Made by a program: the position numbers and the translations under genes
Shown here: one piece after another, positions 13,694-27,200 of the stretch
How the letters are laid out: every line of letters begins with the position of its first letter
How positions within the stretch are numbered: the stretch's first letter is position 1
Source: Mobula hypostoma
Taxonomy: Eukaryota
DNA length: 64,000 bases
Reading direction: 5' to 3'
NCBI RefSeq assembly: GCF_963921235.1
Contig: NC_086107.1
Span: forward strand, 112,656,001-112,720,000
The notes under the pieces: generated by a model
Told to the model about the DNA's origin: nothing
Database searches by the model: none
Seen by the model: the letters and a program-made list of their open reading frames with translations, nothing else

Positions 13694-13926
13694 TAAAAGC
13701 AAACAACAGGAATTCTGCAGATGCTGGAAATTCAAGCAACATACATCAAAGTTGCTGGTGAACGCAGCAGGCCAAGCAGCATCTATAGGAAGAGGTGCAG
13801 TCGACGTTTCAGGCCGAGACCCTTCGTCAGGACTAACGAAGGGTCTCGGCCTGAAACGTCGACTGCACCTCTTCCTATAGATGCTGCTTGGCCTGCTGCG
13901 TTCACCAGCAACTTTGAAGTATGTTG
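13694..13926. mobile_element. Penelope-derived fold-back (palindromic) element
   Basis: ~91-bp arms 13737-13827/13836-13926 with one mismatch and an 8-nt loop; 14-bp TSD TTAGGATGTATATT. Confidence 0.88.
13799..13834 (-). ncRNA. Minimal type I hammerhead ribozyme motif
   Basis: AGUC-CUGACGA-AGGGUCUCGGCCU-GAAA-CG-UC-GACU: complete core, helix I AGUC/GACU, palindromic ACGU helix III. Confidence 0.72.
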
Positions 13927-14392
13927 TTAGGATGTATATTGTATACATTTGACATTAAATGTACCCATTGAAACCTTTGGATAAAGAAATTCCTCCATCT
14001 CCATTCTAAAGGGACACCCCTCTATTCTGAGTCTGTGTCCTCTGGTCTTAGCCTCTCCCACCATAGGAAACATCCTCTCCACAGCCACCCTATCTAGGCC
14101 TTTCAACATTTGATAGGTTTCTATGAGATCATCCCTTATTCTTCTGAATTCTAATGAATACAGGCCCAGAGCAATCAGACACTCTTCATATGACAAGTCA
14201 TTCAATCCTGGAATCATTTTTGTGAACCCCTTCTGAACACTCCAATTTCAGCACATCCTTTGGAAGATAAGGGGCCCCAAAGATGCTCACAATACTCCAT
14301 TTGAGGCCTCACCAATGCTTTATAAAGTCTCAACATTACATTCTGCACAGACTGCAGTGGACAATCCTTGCTTAGCAAGCACCTGTACTCAC

Positions 14393-14543
14393 ATCCAGGT
14401 AGTTTGTGAGGATTTCCGGAGTATCTCCCGAGGATTCAGTGTACTTCCCATTCCCAAGCTTTCCGGCAGCAACAAGATTCTCAACAGAGACTGCAACATC
14501 CGTCAGTGAGTGACGCATGGATTGGAATTTCGTCAGCGGAATT
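14393..14543 (-). CDS. napsa: Aspartic protease exon 2 (propeptide IPLTKFQSMRHSL...PEILTNYLD)
   Basis: AG acceptor, GTGAGT donor, 151 bp; A1-family propeptide RIPL.KF.S.R and L.NYLD motifs. Confidence 0.9.
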
Positions 14544-14839
14544 CTGTCAAACAGAGAAAGATGTTAAGTACTTTTCCCCTTAAGCACTGTCTTCACCCCC
14601 CTTCACGCACTCCCCAATTCTAGTCTTCAACCACCCCTCCATGTGTTCCCCAATCCTTTCCCTATAGTCTCTTGCCAAAAAAAACAACACAACTTTATTG
14701 TCATTTACTTATATACTGTCAAACAAGACAATGTTTCTCCAGACCAGGGTGCAAAGCACAGTAGTACACACAACTTAGGAAAGTAAAAATTAAATCTACA
14801 GATGAATTATGCACAAATTATTCTCAATCATTGAGAGCT

Positions 14840-17405
14840 GAGACAACGAGAAACTTCATTCAGGGGTGGTGTTACTAATCAGGGAAAATATCACAGCAGT
14901 GCTCTATCAGGACAGACTAGAGAACTCAACTAGTGAGGCTGCATGGGTGGAACTGAGGAATAAGAAAGGTATGACCACTTTAATGGGGCTATATTACAGA
15001 TCATCCAAAAGTCCGTGAGATTTAGAAAAACAAACTTAAAGGGATCAGACTATTGCAAGAAACACAAAGTATTACAGTAGGTGATTTTAACTTTCCACAT
15101 ATTGACTGGAAATCTTACTGTAAAAGTATTAAATAGGATAGAGTTTGTCAAATGTTTTCAGGAAATTTTCCTTCATCAGTGCATTCAAGTCCCAATGAGA
15201 GAGTGTGTGATACTTGATCTGCTATTAGAGAATGAGACAGGGCAGGTGACAGAAGTTTGTGTAGGGGATCACTTTGCAGCCAGTGACCACAATACCATTA
15301 GTTTCAAAGTAAGTACGTAAAAGGATAGGTCTGGACCATGGTTTAAGATTCTAAACTGGAGAAAGGCCAATTTTGATGGTATCAGAATTGATCTGGTAAA
15401 TATGGATTGGGACAGGCTGTTTTCTGGCAAAAGTGTACTTACAAAGTGGGAGGCCTTCCAAAAAAAAAGTACAAAGTTTGTCTGTGCCTGTCAGAATGAA
15501 AAGGTAAAGGTAACAGGTTTAGGGAGCCTTTGTTTTCAAGAGATATTGAGGCCCTGGATAAGAAAGAAAAAAAAGGAGACGCCTAGCAGGTATAGGCAAG
15601 GAGGAACAAATGAGGTACTTGTGGAGTACAAGAAATGCAAGAGTACACTTAAAGAAATCAGGAGAGCTAAAAGGTGGCATGAAGTTGCACTAGCGGACAA
15701 GGAGAATCCCAAGGGAATTCTCCTGGCATGTCAAGAGCAATAGGATTGCAAGGAGCAAAACCGGCCCTCTGGAAGACCAAAATGGTAATCCATGTGTGGA
15801 GCCAAAACAGATGGGAAAAGATCTTAAATGCGTTCTTTGCATTTTTATTTACTCGGGAGATGGATAGCGTCCATAGAATTGAGGCAAAAATCAGCATCAA
15901 CTTTGTGGACCCCGTATAGTTTGCTACCCTGAGGCAAATCAGGGTGGATAAATCCCCGGGGCCTGACAAGGTGTTCTCTCAGACGTTACAGGAGGCAAGT
16001 ACAGGAATTGCTGAGGCCCTAGCAACAGAAGAGGTACCATAGGATTGGATGATAACTAACGTGGTTCTATTGTTTGGGGAAAAAAGGCTCTAAACATAAA
16101 CCAGAAAATTATAGGCTGGACAGTCCGACATCAGTTGTGGGAAAGTTATTGGAAGATATTCCAAGGGACCCGATATACAAGTACTTTGACAGACATGGAC
16201 TGATTAAGGATAGTCAGCATGGCTTTGTGTGTGATAGATCATGTCTAACCAACTTAGAGTTTTGAAGAAGTTACCAGGAAAGTGGATGAAGGCAAGGCAG
16301 TAGCTGTTGTCTACATACACTTTGGAAGTTGGTCAAGAAGGAAGGTTCAGTCGCTTGGCATTCAGGATGAGGTAATAAATTGAATCAGACATTGGGTTTA
16401 TGGGAGAAGCTTGGGAGTTGCCTCTGACTGGAGACCTGTAACTAGTGGTGTGCTGCAGGGATCGATATGGTCCTTTGTTGTTAATCTATTATCATCCAGT
16501 TAGATGATCATGTGGTTAACTGGATCAGCAAATTTGCTGACGACACCAATATTGCGATTTAGTGGACAGCAAGGAAGGCCATCATGGCTTGCAGAGGGAT
16601 CTGCATCAGATGGGAAAATGGGCTGAAAAATGGCAGATGGAATTCAATACAGACAACTGGGAGGTGTTGCACCAACGAGTAGGTCTTACAGTGAATGGTA
16701 GGGGACTGAGGAGTGTGGTAGGACAGAGTGATCTGGGAATAATAGATCCTTAATTCATTGAAGGTGGCATCATAGGTAGATAAAGTCGTAAAGAAAACTT
16801 TTGGCACATTGCCATTTGTAAATGACAGTACTGAGTACAGAAAGTGGGATGTTACGTTGAAGTTGTATATGATGTATGCAGTTTTGGTTACCTACCTACA
16901 GGAAAGATGCAAATAAGATTGAAAGAGTATACAGAAAATTTACAAGGATGTTGCTGGGACTGAGGACCTAAGTGATATGGAAGGATTGAATAGGTTAGGA
17001 CCTTATTCCTTGGAACATAGAAGATCGAGGGGAGATTTGATAGAGGTATACAAAATTATAAAGGGTATAGATGGAGTAAGTGCAAGGAGGGTCCTCACCA
17101 ACTAAGGTTGGGTGGGACTACAATCAGAGGCCATGGGTCAAGGGTGAAAGGTGAAGTGTTTAAGGAGAACAAGGGAAACTTCTTCAGTCAAAGGGTGGTG
17201 AGAGTGTGGAACGAGCTGCCAGCACAAGCAGTGGATGAAATTTTGATTTCAACATTCAAGAGAAGTTTGGGTATGTACATGGAATGGCAAGAGTATGTAG
17301 GGCTAAGGACTGGGTGCAGGTTCTTGGAACAAGGCAATTTAAATAGTTCAGCGCAGACTGGATGGGCCAAAGTGCCCATTTCTGTGCTGTAGCTTTCCAT
17401 GACTA
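14840..17405 (+). mobile_element. Older degenerate CR1 ORF2 fragment (different subfamily)
   Basis: SDHN, SQHGF, SCLTNL, WQMEFN, FFSQRVVRVWN remnants with many stops. Confidence 0.85.
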
Positions 17406-17769
17406 TTACCCATTGGATACAAGTCCAAGTTGTTAAAACATTTAGGGATATGATAGACACAAGAGATTCTACAGAGCTAGAAATCTTGAGCAACACACAA
17501 AATGATAGAGGAACTCAGCAGGTCAAGAAGCATCCGAGGGAAATGGATAGTCAACCTTTCCTGATGAAGGGTCTGGGCCCAAAACAGTGACCATTACCCT
17601 CCACAGATGCTGCCTGGCCTGCCGAATTCCTCCAGTATTTTGAGGGTATTGTAGGAAGGAGATGAGATAGATTTATATACCATTGAAGATATGCAATTTC
17701 ATTGAAAGTTCAATATGGTTGATTTTTTTTTAAAAAATAACCATGATGGGTATGCATGTCTGAACAATC

Positions 17770-18360
17770 TCAAAGGGTTGAAGGTACAGATGAACCATCC
17801 CCCTCTGCTCATACATGGCTCCTCTGTAGAGTTAACAGCACCGAGCCCCTGGGAGTTACAAAAGACCGCACTTTTGTTCCTCAATATCACCTCCCTGATT
17901 AAGGCCTAGCAGCACTCCACTTCCTAAGAAAATTGAAGCAAGTGAGGCTGCCCACAACCACTCCCCCAGTCATCTTAACCGAATTTTACCGGAACACCAT
18001 TGACAGCATCCTGACAAGTTGCATCTCCATCTGTTACGGGAGCACTGGACGGAAGTCCCTACACAGGACTGAGAATGGCTGAGGGGATCACAGGGGTCGC
18101 CCCACCATCCATCGGGGACATTTATCAGGAGTGTTACATACTCAGGGCCCTTGGTGTTCAAGGGTCCCACCCATCCAGCCAGCATCCTCTGACTTTCTAC
18201 CATCAGGTAGGAGACCCCAATGCATAAAAGACAAGAATGGTCAGGATGGGAAACAATTTCTTTCCCCAGGCCAACAGGCTTCTGAACTCCCCACCGCATC
18301 CGAAATGTCACTAGTTAATCTGTACTATCCCCCTACAATATTTAATTACAGCCATTAACA
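17770..18360 (+). mobile_element. Rex1/L2-like LINE 3' fragment, degenerate
   Basis: Similar to the reverse complement of ~51540-52110. Confidence 0.65.
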
Positions 18361-20048
18361 TCAGGCCAAATACTGGGAGCACCATTTCATCCTAACCCAA
18401 AAAGCAAATATTCACCTCTCTTCTATCTGCACAGCAAGATCAGCGTTTGATTCCTGCAGCTGTCTCTAAGGAGGAAGTACATTCTCTTCATGACCATGTG
18501 GCTTTCCTGAGCGTTCTAGTTTCTTCTCACTGTCCTGTACAGGTTAGGGTTAGCATGTTGTGGGCAAGGTAAGCTGGTGCTAGTAGCATTGTGACATTGC
18601 TGATTCACTGAGTTCAGGACTTGGATTTCTTTAGGATTATCTGACCCTAGATCAAAATCCACCAAGAATATAGAATCAGAGTGGATGTTCTGGGAAGATT
18701 CAATCCTGTCCAAGCAGACCTGATCTTGGTATATTAGCTCAAGTTTAATTGTCATTCAACCATACACATTCACACAGCTAAATGAAACATCACTCCCCTG
18801 CGAGGGCCAAGGTGCAAAACACTACCACACAGCATATCTAGTCACAAAAATATGAGCACCAATCCCCAAGCCGAATGGCCTGAAGATTGGATATTGGCCT
18901 GGAGCCACTTTTCTGCAAGAACAAGAATGCAGCAGTTGCTCATCTTGCACTGATAAAGCAGATGGACATAAAGCAGCATGTCTCGTGCTGGGTCAACCTC
19001 AAGCATCCCAGCTTGTATTGCAGGCACCGAACATTAGAGGGCAGCATTGGCAAGGGGCCAGTCTCCAACCTGCTGTGACTCTGTTCTCTCCCACATGGCC
19101 TCCAGTACTTCCTCGCCTGGAAGGCTATAACAGCCACACCAGGGCACGAGGGTCTGGTCTGTACAACAACCCAGGACACACACACCTGCCCCACCATTTT
19201 CACCAATGAACCAGTAGCAGTATTTTACATTACCAACATCCAACCAGGTCTTTAATCAGAAGCATTTAAGACATATTATTGCCACAAGTAGCAATATGCA
19301 GTGAAAAATTTGTCTTCAATATTGCGCATATAGATCAATTTATTACACAGTGCATTGAGGTAGAACAAAGTAAAATAATAACAGAACGCAGAATAAAGTT
19401 TTAAAGCTCCTAAAAACAAAATGCAGTGCAATAAAGTAGAAGATCATAAACCAGACAGACTGAGGCCAAGAGTCTATCTTATCGTACAAGAGGTCCTCTT
19501 AAGTGTGATAACAGAAGCCCTGAGCTTGGTGACATCCTGTTAGGCTTTTATATCTTCAACCCAATTTTTTTTTTCAGGGGGTAGAAGAGAAGAAAACAGG
19601 GGAGAATGTGCAGGGTCTTTGATTGTGCTGGCTGCTTTACTGAGGCAGTAAGTAATGACAGAATCCTATAGAGGGAAGACTGGTTTCTGTGATGTGCTGG
19701 GCTGTGCTACAACTCAAAGATTCAACATGCATTATCAATGTATACAGTATACAACCAAGATTCATCTTCTCCACAGACAGCCATCAAACAAAGAAAACCA
19801 TGGAACCTAATTCAAAGGATAAACAAACACCTACCCACACACATGCAAAACAGCAACAAATGAGTGAAAAACAATCAAATAGAATCCAGGCATATTCAGT
19901 CCAGCTCAGTGTTCGTTATCGGTAGGCTACCCTGATTCAAAACAAATGCCCAGAATAGCAACAAAAAACACATCATAATGTGAACTATAAGTCCAATCCA
20001 CAAACTGCACCAATTAAACCTTGCCCTAGACCCAGGATTCCAGCATGA

Positions 20049-20331
20049 TCCTCAGTCAGCATCGAGCGGGACAGAAAAACCATCTGAACGCAGGGACCTT
20101 CCTCAGTCAGCATCGAGCGGGAGAGAGAGACCATCTGAACACAGGTATCTTCCTCAGTCAGCATCGAGCGGGAGAGAGAGACCATCTGAACGCAGGGACC
20201 CTCCTCAGTCAGCATCGAGCGGGAGAGAGAGAGACCATCTGAACGCAGGGACCCTCCTCAGTCAGCATCGAGCGGAAGAGAGAGACCATCTGAACACAGG
20301 GACCTTCCTCAGTCAGCATCGAGCGGGAGAC
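20049..20331. repeat. Minisatellite, ~51-bp unit, about 5.5 copies
   Basis: CCTCAGTCAGCATCGAGCGGGAGAGAGAGACCATCTGAACGCAGGGACC(T/C)T repeated. Confidence 0.92.
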
Positions 20332-23300
20332 TCTCCAGTTTGAGGTCTTGAGCAAAGCAGTTGCTGTACATTATGCATCCCGGTAGAATGCTTTCTATGG
20401 TGCATCAGTAAGAACTGGCAAGTGTCAACGGAGACGTGCTGAATTCCTTTAGCATCCTGACAAAGTAGAGATATTGACGTGCTTTCTCCGCTGTGACAGC
20501 AATGCCTCATTGGAATTTAGAGTGGTGATGCGGAAGAGTGATGAACACTCAATGTCCCCAGAAATTCCCCAAAGTAAAAACATTCCCGGGGACTGCCCCT
20601 CCCACACCGATTACATTTTTCATAGAACAAATATTTTTCATGGAGTGACTTCACGCTTCCTGGCTCTTTACTCAAAGTGCCAAAAGGCCAGGATCAGGGG
20701 TGTCAGGGAGAGGGATGGGCCAGTTCAGCTCACTGCTCCATGACGTTCACTCTGTTCTGCACTGAACTGAGGCTGCGGCTTCATATCTGTGGACAGACTT
20801 TTTCCATCAGCATCAGCTCCGAATGCAAATTTGTTTGTTTTTATTGTTTTCTCTGCATGTCGAATGTTTGTCAGACTTGTTGTTTTAAAAAAAAGTCATT
20901 CTGGGTTTCTTTGTTTTGCCTACAAGGAGACGAATTTCAAAGTTGTATACACTATACAACTTTGAACATTGAAGATTTTCCCCCCTTCAAGAATCCTATC
21001 AGATTCTCTTTTCAGTTATTTCCACCCCTGGGTGGCACAGGAGCATAGGGGTTAGAGTGACGGTAGTACAGGGCCAGTGACGCAGGCTCGATTCCACTGC
21101 TGTCCTAAAAAGGAGTTTCTACGTTCCCACGTGGGCTTCCTCCCACATTCCAGAGGAGTTGGTAGGTTAATTGGTCACGTGTGTAACTGGGAGGCACAGG
21201 CTTGATGGGCCAGAAGGCAAATAGCCCCCCATTTGTCACATGCACATGGTGAAAAAAAATGAAATGTATCATTTGTGTCAAATCACATCAGCAAGGACTG
21301 TGCACTGCTGGTGCCAACATAACATGCCTACAACTTACTAACCTTAACCATACATCTATGGGAGGAAACTGGAAAAATGTGAGAGAGCCTGGGGCATGTC
21401 AAAGTGCTGGGTTATGGACTGTAGTTTTTTTTAAATGGACTTAAATCATGGTGCATTTGAGGACTTTTGCTATTGTTTGCATGGAAGTTGGTGGGGGTGG
21501 TTGATGCTTCCTACTGAAACAAATGGAGGGAAGGTTGATGGTGTGCGCGTGTGGCTTTGAGGTTCCAGTGTTTTCCTGTCATTCAATCTTTGGAGGTTTT
21601 CTTCTGTTTCGTGGATGTCTGTGAAGAGCAAGAAATTCAGGTTGTATACGTTCTGAAATTAAATGGAACCATTCAATGTGGAAGGGTCTGTAAATGTGCA
21701 ATATTTACAAATAAATACCCTTCCCCAATCACTCTCCTGCTTATCATTGTCCTTCAAGGGAGCCAGCCAAGTGGGTCATCTCAGTGATATAAGATTTGAG
21801 TAGAAGAGGGATAAAGTGAATGAGAAAGTGTGTGAGTAGCCTGCCAGTGCTTGTGACCACAAGCAACTCCTACACTTAATTGCCTCAATTATTCACCCTG
21901 CGTGCCCTCCACTAGGTGCAATTTACAGCAGCCGGTTAACCCAGCAGGTCACCCAGTACCCAGAGGAAACCCCACACGGTCCCGGGGGAAAAAATGCAAA
22001 CGTCACACAGTTCCCAAAGTCAGGGTAGAACCCAGTTCACTTGACCCAAAGTGGTGAGCCACTGCCACCAATTGTAGGAAAGGGCATGGCTTTTTGTCAT
22101 CTGTAGTTCATAGCACAGCAAAATGCGTTCCTTGCGTCAACCAACACAGCCCGAAGATGTTCAGGAGCTGCTCACGGGAGTCTCCACACTTCCAGTGCCA
22201 ATATAGCATCCCCACAACTTAATAACTCTTAATCCTGTGTCTTTTAGAATGTTGGGGGGGGGGGGCAACCAGAGCACCCAGAGGAAACCCACAGTGGCAG
22301 GAAGAATGTACAAATTACTTACAGAGTGGCAGGAATTGAACCCCGGCCTGTTAGTTGGTGCTGTAAAGTGTTACAGTAACTGCTATGACACGGCATTTCC
22401 AAAAAGTACTGCACGATTTCAAGGTATTCACAAAAAAGACCCACAAGTGAACACCAGAAATTCAGAAGAATTATTATTTTTAAATAAAGAGCACCGGGAA
22501 AGTGGAACTCACTCACAGAAGTTGTTGGGGGGCAAACAGCATCAATGCATTTACGGGAAGAAAGTAAGGGGGAAGGGAGTTGAGCCCAGGCTCTTGTACT
22601 CCCTCCCATCCACAATTCTTACAAAAGGACAGTCAGTTCATCCAATCTACGTCAGCTCTGAGTAATCCTGCTCCTACCATCCACCTACACACTACAAGCA
22701 GATTACAGCAACCAACTGAATGGCCACTGGGACAAGAGGGGAAACTAGAGCACCCAGAGGGAGAAAGTGAAAACTCCACACAGACTGTACAGGTCAGGTT
22801 CAAAGTAAGGTCTAGAGAGATGACAACTCTACCATCTGTGACACCCACACACCAGAATCAGAATTAGTATTGTTAAAGCATATTCTGGACTTGGGAGTGT
22901 ATAGCAAAATATTAACTTCAGCAACCAATCTTTAGAGCTGAACATGGACAGTACATTAAATTTAAAATGCAGCTCTGGACAATAGGCTCCTAGAGCTGTG
23001 AAGAACAGTCAATTGAAAAACCAGACGGGTGATTAACATTGTTTGGAATGTGGATGCAATGAAGATGGTGTGAAAGTTGTATGCAATTCAAAAGGTATTG
23101 CAGATACACAGTAAATATAGAACTGTCCTTTGATCTTTGGCATATAAAATGTCATGTAATGTTGGGTTTGACAGACTTCTTCCTCCAAAAGGGTCTCAAT
23201 ACGACTCCTGCTGCTTGCTGTTGGATAAACCACTTGTATCCACTAACTTCAGTCTCCCTGATGACATTGTCCACACTACAACAATATCACTGACACGTCG

Positions 23301-23404
23301 CGAATCTGTTGTTACCAGAACTAGTAACTTGTTGTGGTAAACCAGTCACAACTCCATCAAATATCTACTGAAGACTATTACAACAAAATGTACCCTTCAT
23401 TTTA

Positions 23405-24288
23405 GTACAGAGTCTTGTCATCTTCATAAGTTTTCGGATGACTCTGGCATAGTTGGATGCATCAGCAAGGGAGATGAGGCTGAGTACAGGGCTACGGTAG
23501 GAAACTTTGTCACATGGTGTGAGCAGAATTATCTGCAGCTTAATGTGAAAAAGGCTAAGGAGCTGGTGGTAGACCTGAGGAGAGCTAAGGTACCAGTGAC
23601 CCCTGTTTCCACCCAGGGGGTCAGTGTGGACATAGTGGAGGATTACAAATACCTGGGGATACGAATTGACAATAAACTGGACTGGTCTAAGAACACTGAG
23701 GCTGTCTACAAGAAGGGTCAGAGCCGTCTCTATTTCCTGAGGAGACTGAGGTCCTTTAACATCTGCCAGTCGATGCTGAGGATGTTCTACGAGTCTGTGG
23801 TAGCCAGTGCTATCATATTTGCTGTTGTGTGCTGGGGCAGCAGGCTGAGGGTAGCAGACACCAACAGAATGAACAAACTCATTCGTAAGGCCAGTGATGT
23901 TGTGGGGATGGAACTGGACTCTCTGACGGTGGTGTCTGAAAAGAGGATTCTGTCCAAGTTGCATGCCACCTTGGACAATGTTTCCCATCCACTACATAAT
24001 GTACTGGTTGGGCACAGGAGTACATTCAGCCAGAGACTCATTCCACCGAGATGTAGCACAGAGCGTCATAGGAAGTCATTCCTGCCTGTGGCCATCAAAC
24101 TTTACAACTCCTCCCTTGGAGGGTCAGACACCCTGAGCCAATAGGCTGGTCCTGGACTTATTTCATAATTTACTGGCATAATTTACATATTACTATTTAA
24201 CTATTTATGGTTCTATTACTATTATTTATGGTGCAACTGTAACGAAAACCAATTTCCCCTGGGATCAATAAAGTATGACTATGACTAG
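23405..24288 (+). mobile_element. Rex1/Babar-like LINE, 5'-truncated
   Basis: ORF 23545..24144 (KKGQSRLYFLRRLRSFN), FSDD remnant, AATAAA and (ATGACT)n tail. Confidence 0.85.
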
Positions 24289-27200
24289 TAGGACAGTAGC
24301 ATAGTGGTTAGCACAACGCTTTCCAGTACTAGTGACCGGGGTTCCTGTAAAGACTTGCACTTTCTTCCTCCAGTTTCCTCCCACAGCCCAAAGACGCATC
24401 AGTTGGAAGGTTAATTGGTCATTGTAAATTGTCTTTGATTAAATGGGGGGGGGGGGTTGTGGGCAGTGCGATTTGAAAGGCCTATTCCATGCTGCTTTTT
24501 AATAAATATTGGCTCCAAACTCTCCACCTTAGCCCCCAGGTCAATATATCAACTGCAGTTCGATTAGTTTCAAATAAACCACTCCTGGTTATCCTTTATA
24601 TAAACCAAGGGGAATTCGATTAAATAACAATTCACACCTGGATGATTGTTATACACATCTGGACCACCAACCCTCCCTTCTGTTCTCCACCCCCCTCCCC
24701 CAACTGGGGTCCAACCAACTTTTGGGTATCTCATATTCCAAATAAAATCCTACCTTTCCTCCTCCCCTCCCTCAAGAACTCATTTTCCAGCTTATCATTC
24801 CTACTCAGTCATCTATGTATACTGAGTGGGGAATGTCACCACACCGCCAGGTTCAGGAACAGTTATCCTCCCTCAACCATCAAGTTCCTGAACCAGCAGT
24901 GATAACTTCACTCACCTCAGCACTGAACTGATTCTACAGCATGTGCATTCACTTTCAAGGACTCCACAACTCATTTATTATTTGTTTTAATTTTTTGTAT
25001 TTGCACAATTTTTTGGCTTTTGCACATTGGTTATTTGCCTGTATGTGCAGTTTTTCATTGAATCTTTTTATACTTACTATGTCCACAGGAAAATGAATCT
25101 TGGGGTCATATACAGTAACGCATACATAACTTCGATAACAAAACTTACTTCTGAACTTTGTCAATAAACTAACCAAGTGGGCAAAAAAGTAGATGAACTT
25201 CACTTCGGGGGTAAAAAATAAGATAAGTCACAGAATTAAAGTTATGATATTAAATCTTACAGCAGGGCCTCCCAACCTTTATGCCATGGAGGCTTACTAA
25301 AAACTGGGAGGTCTGTGGACCCTTGGCTTAGAGCAATTGTAACTGTATGCCCACGTACAGAGATGGTACTTGCACTACCAAATTTGTACTTGTGGATATG
25401 ATAAAGACACTAGCTGACCCATGGTTTTGGAATAGGAAAGCCATACCAGAACTGTACAAAATAGTGAGCCAGAACTAGAGTGTGCAGGCAGAGTTTTGGC
25501 AGGAAGGATATGACAACTCCAGAGGAAGTTGTAGAAGTGGTTTACAAGAGTACCATTAGAACCAACAGCTTTCTCATGATGAAAGGCAAGATAGAGGTGG
25601 TTTTCTTTTGAACAGAAACAGCCAATGAAGGGTTTGACCGACGTGCATCATTATTAGCGGGAGAACAAAGTGCAGCATTCCCTTAGTAGAGACATCAACT
25701 AAAGGGCTGGGATTAAGATCGACAGATCAGGAGGAAGTTAAAACAGATGCTCACCATCAGCATTACTCACTGGAACAAAATACATGAAAGACCAAAGGGA
25801 GGGAAGTACCTTCATTCTGAAGTACTGGATGTGATCTGTCATATTATAGAGAGCTGGTTTCATCTGAATACTTGGTTTTTGACTAGAATGGGTACAATGA
25901 GCAAAAAAATCCTCTATATTATAAATAGTAGATTCTGGTTAATTGGGATACATCAGGAATAGTACATTTTAAGCCTAATTTAGCAGCTACCCCAATTGGC
26001 CAAAGTTTCATGGTTAAATATATATATTTAAAAAAAAGACAAACTACCATTTAACCAAGTAACAAATTAGGTTTTTAAATGAAATACAGAACAAATTAGA
26101 ATGCTACCAATACTACTACAGTACTATAAAACTATATTAGTTCCTAATTATCAACAGGGGAATTCATCTAGTGCCATGTTATTATTGTAAATCAAAGTAA
26201 ATTTTATCAAACTACTTGCAAGTCACCATACACAAACCTGAAACCCATTTTCCTGTGGACATACCCAACAAATCTACAGAATAGTAACTGTAAAGAGGAT
26301 AAATGAAAAATCAAGAGCACAGAAAACTGTGCAAATGCAAATATAAATAGATAGCAATAACTAACGAGAACATGAGATAAGAGTCCTTAAAGTGAGATCA
26401 TTGGTTGTGCAAATATCTCAATAGATGGGCAAGTGAATGTGGTTATCCCTTTTGTCCAAGAACCATCAGGCTCTTACAGCAAGGACAAATTCTACTGATG
26501 AATCACATAAATAACTAAAGTACATTAATACTATTGTAAGGTACAGAACAGATAATCAAGGAGACAGATGCTCAAAGCTTGCTTTTCTAAATAACATTGC
26601 CTAATAAACAAAATCACTTTTCTCATTCAATATTTCAAATCAACATTTGCACTTTCAAAGAAACAAAAAGTACCAGGATAATTTACACTGAACTTTGAAC
26701 TCAGTCATTCATCAACTACTTTGCCAAGTTTGGTGACTATATAAAGCTGATTCAGTAGGCCGAACTTTTCACTGGCATCTTGATTTGCAGGAACTCAAGC
26801 CACAAGCTCCCCAGGAGCAGAATCCAATACATATAATGATTCTCTTATGTCACAGAAGATACTGAATATTAGGAATGGAGTTTTATTCATTAAATGCAAA
26901 CAGACCTTTGGGTACACAGGGTTCATCTGCTGTGGTTGGAGAAGGAAAACTCCGATCTCAAACATGTGCTGCCTTGCAGTTATACCCACTCATTGAAAAG
27001 GCCTCAGGAATAAGCCCCAAGGGGGGAAAAAAAAAATCTGGACCTGGAGTTCCATGTTGAGTTCAATGCTGACTGGCAACTCCTGTGACAAGACTGGTTC
27101 CAAGCTGCATTGGTCTCTGATGTTCCTTTGGATTCCTCAGCTGTGTGGAGAGGGGAAGCCTGCTTCATGGGTAACAACTTACTGTACATATCGTACTGCC

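Larger units (their letters stand above)
13380..14340 (-). mobile_element. CR1 3' fragment hosting two nested insertions
   Basis: LGLYSLEFRR ORF 13927..14217; interrupted at ~13580-13980. Confidence 0.8.

Noticed and set aside
13616..13948. Mirror-image ORFs on both strands
   Set aside because: Consequence of the DNA palindrome, not coding
20049..20331. CRISPR-like array
   Set aside because: No unique spacers; plain tandem repeat in vertebrate DNA
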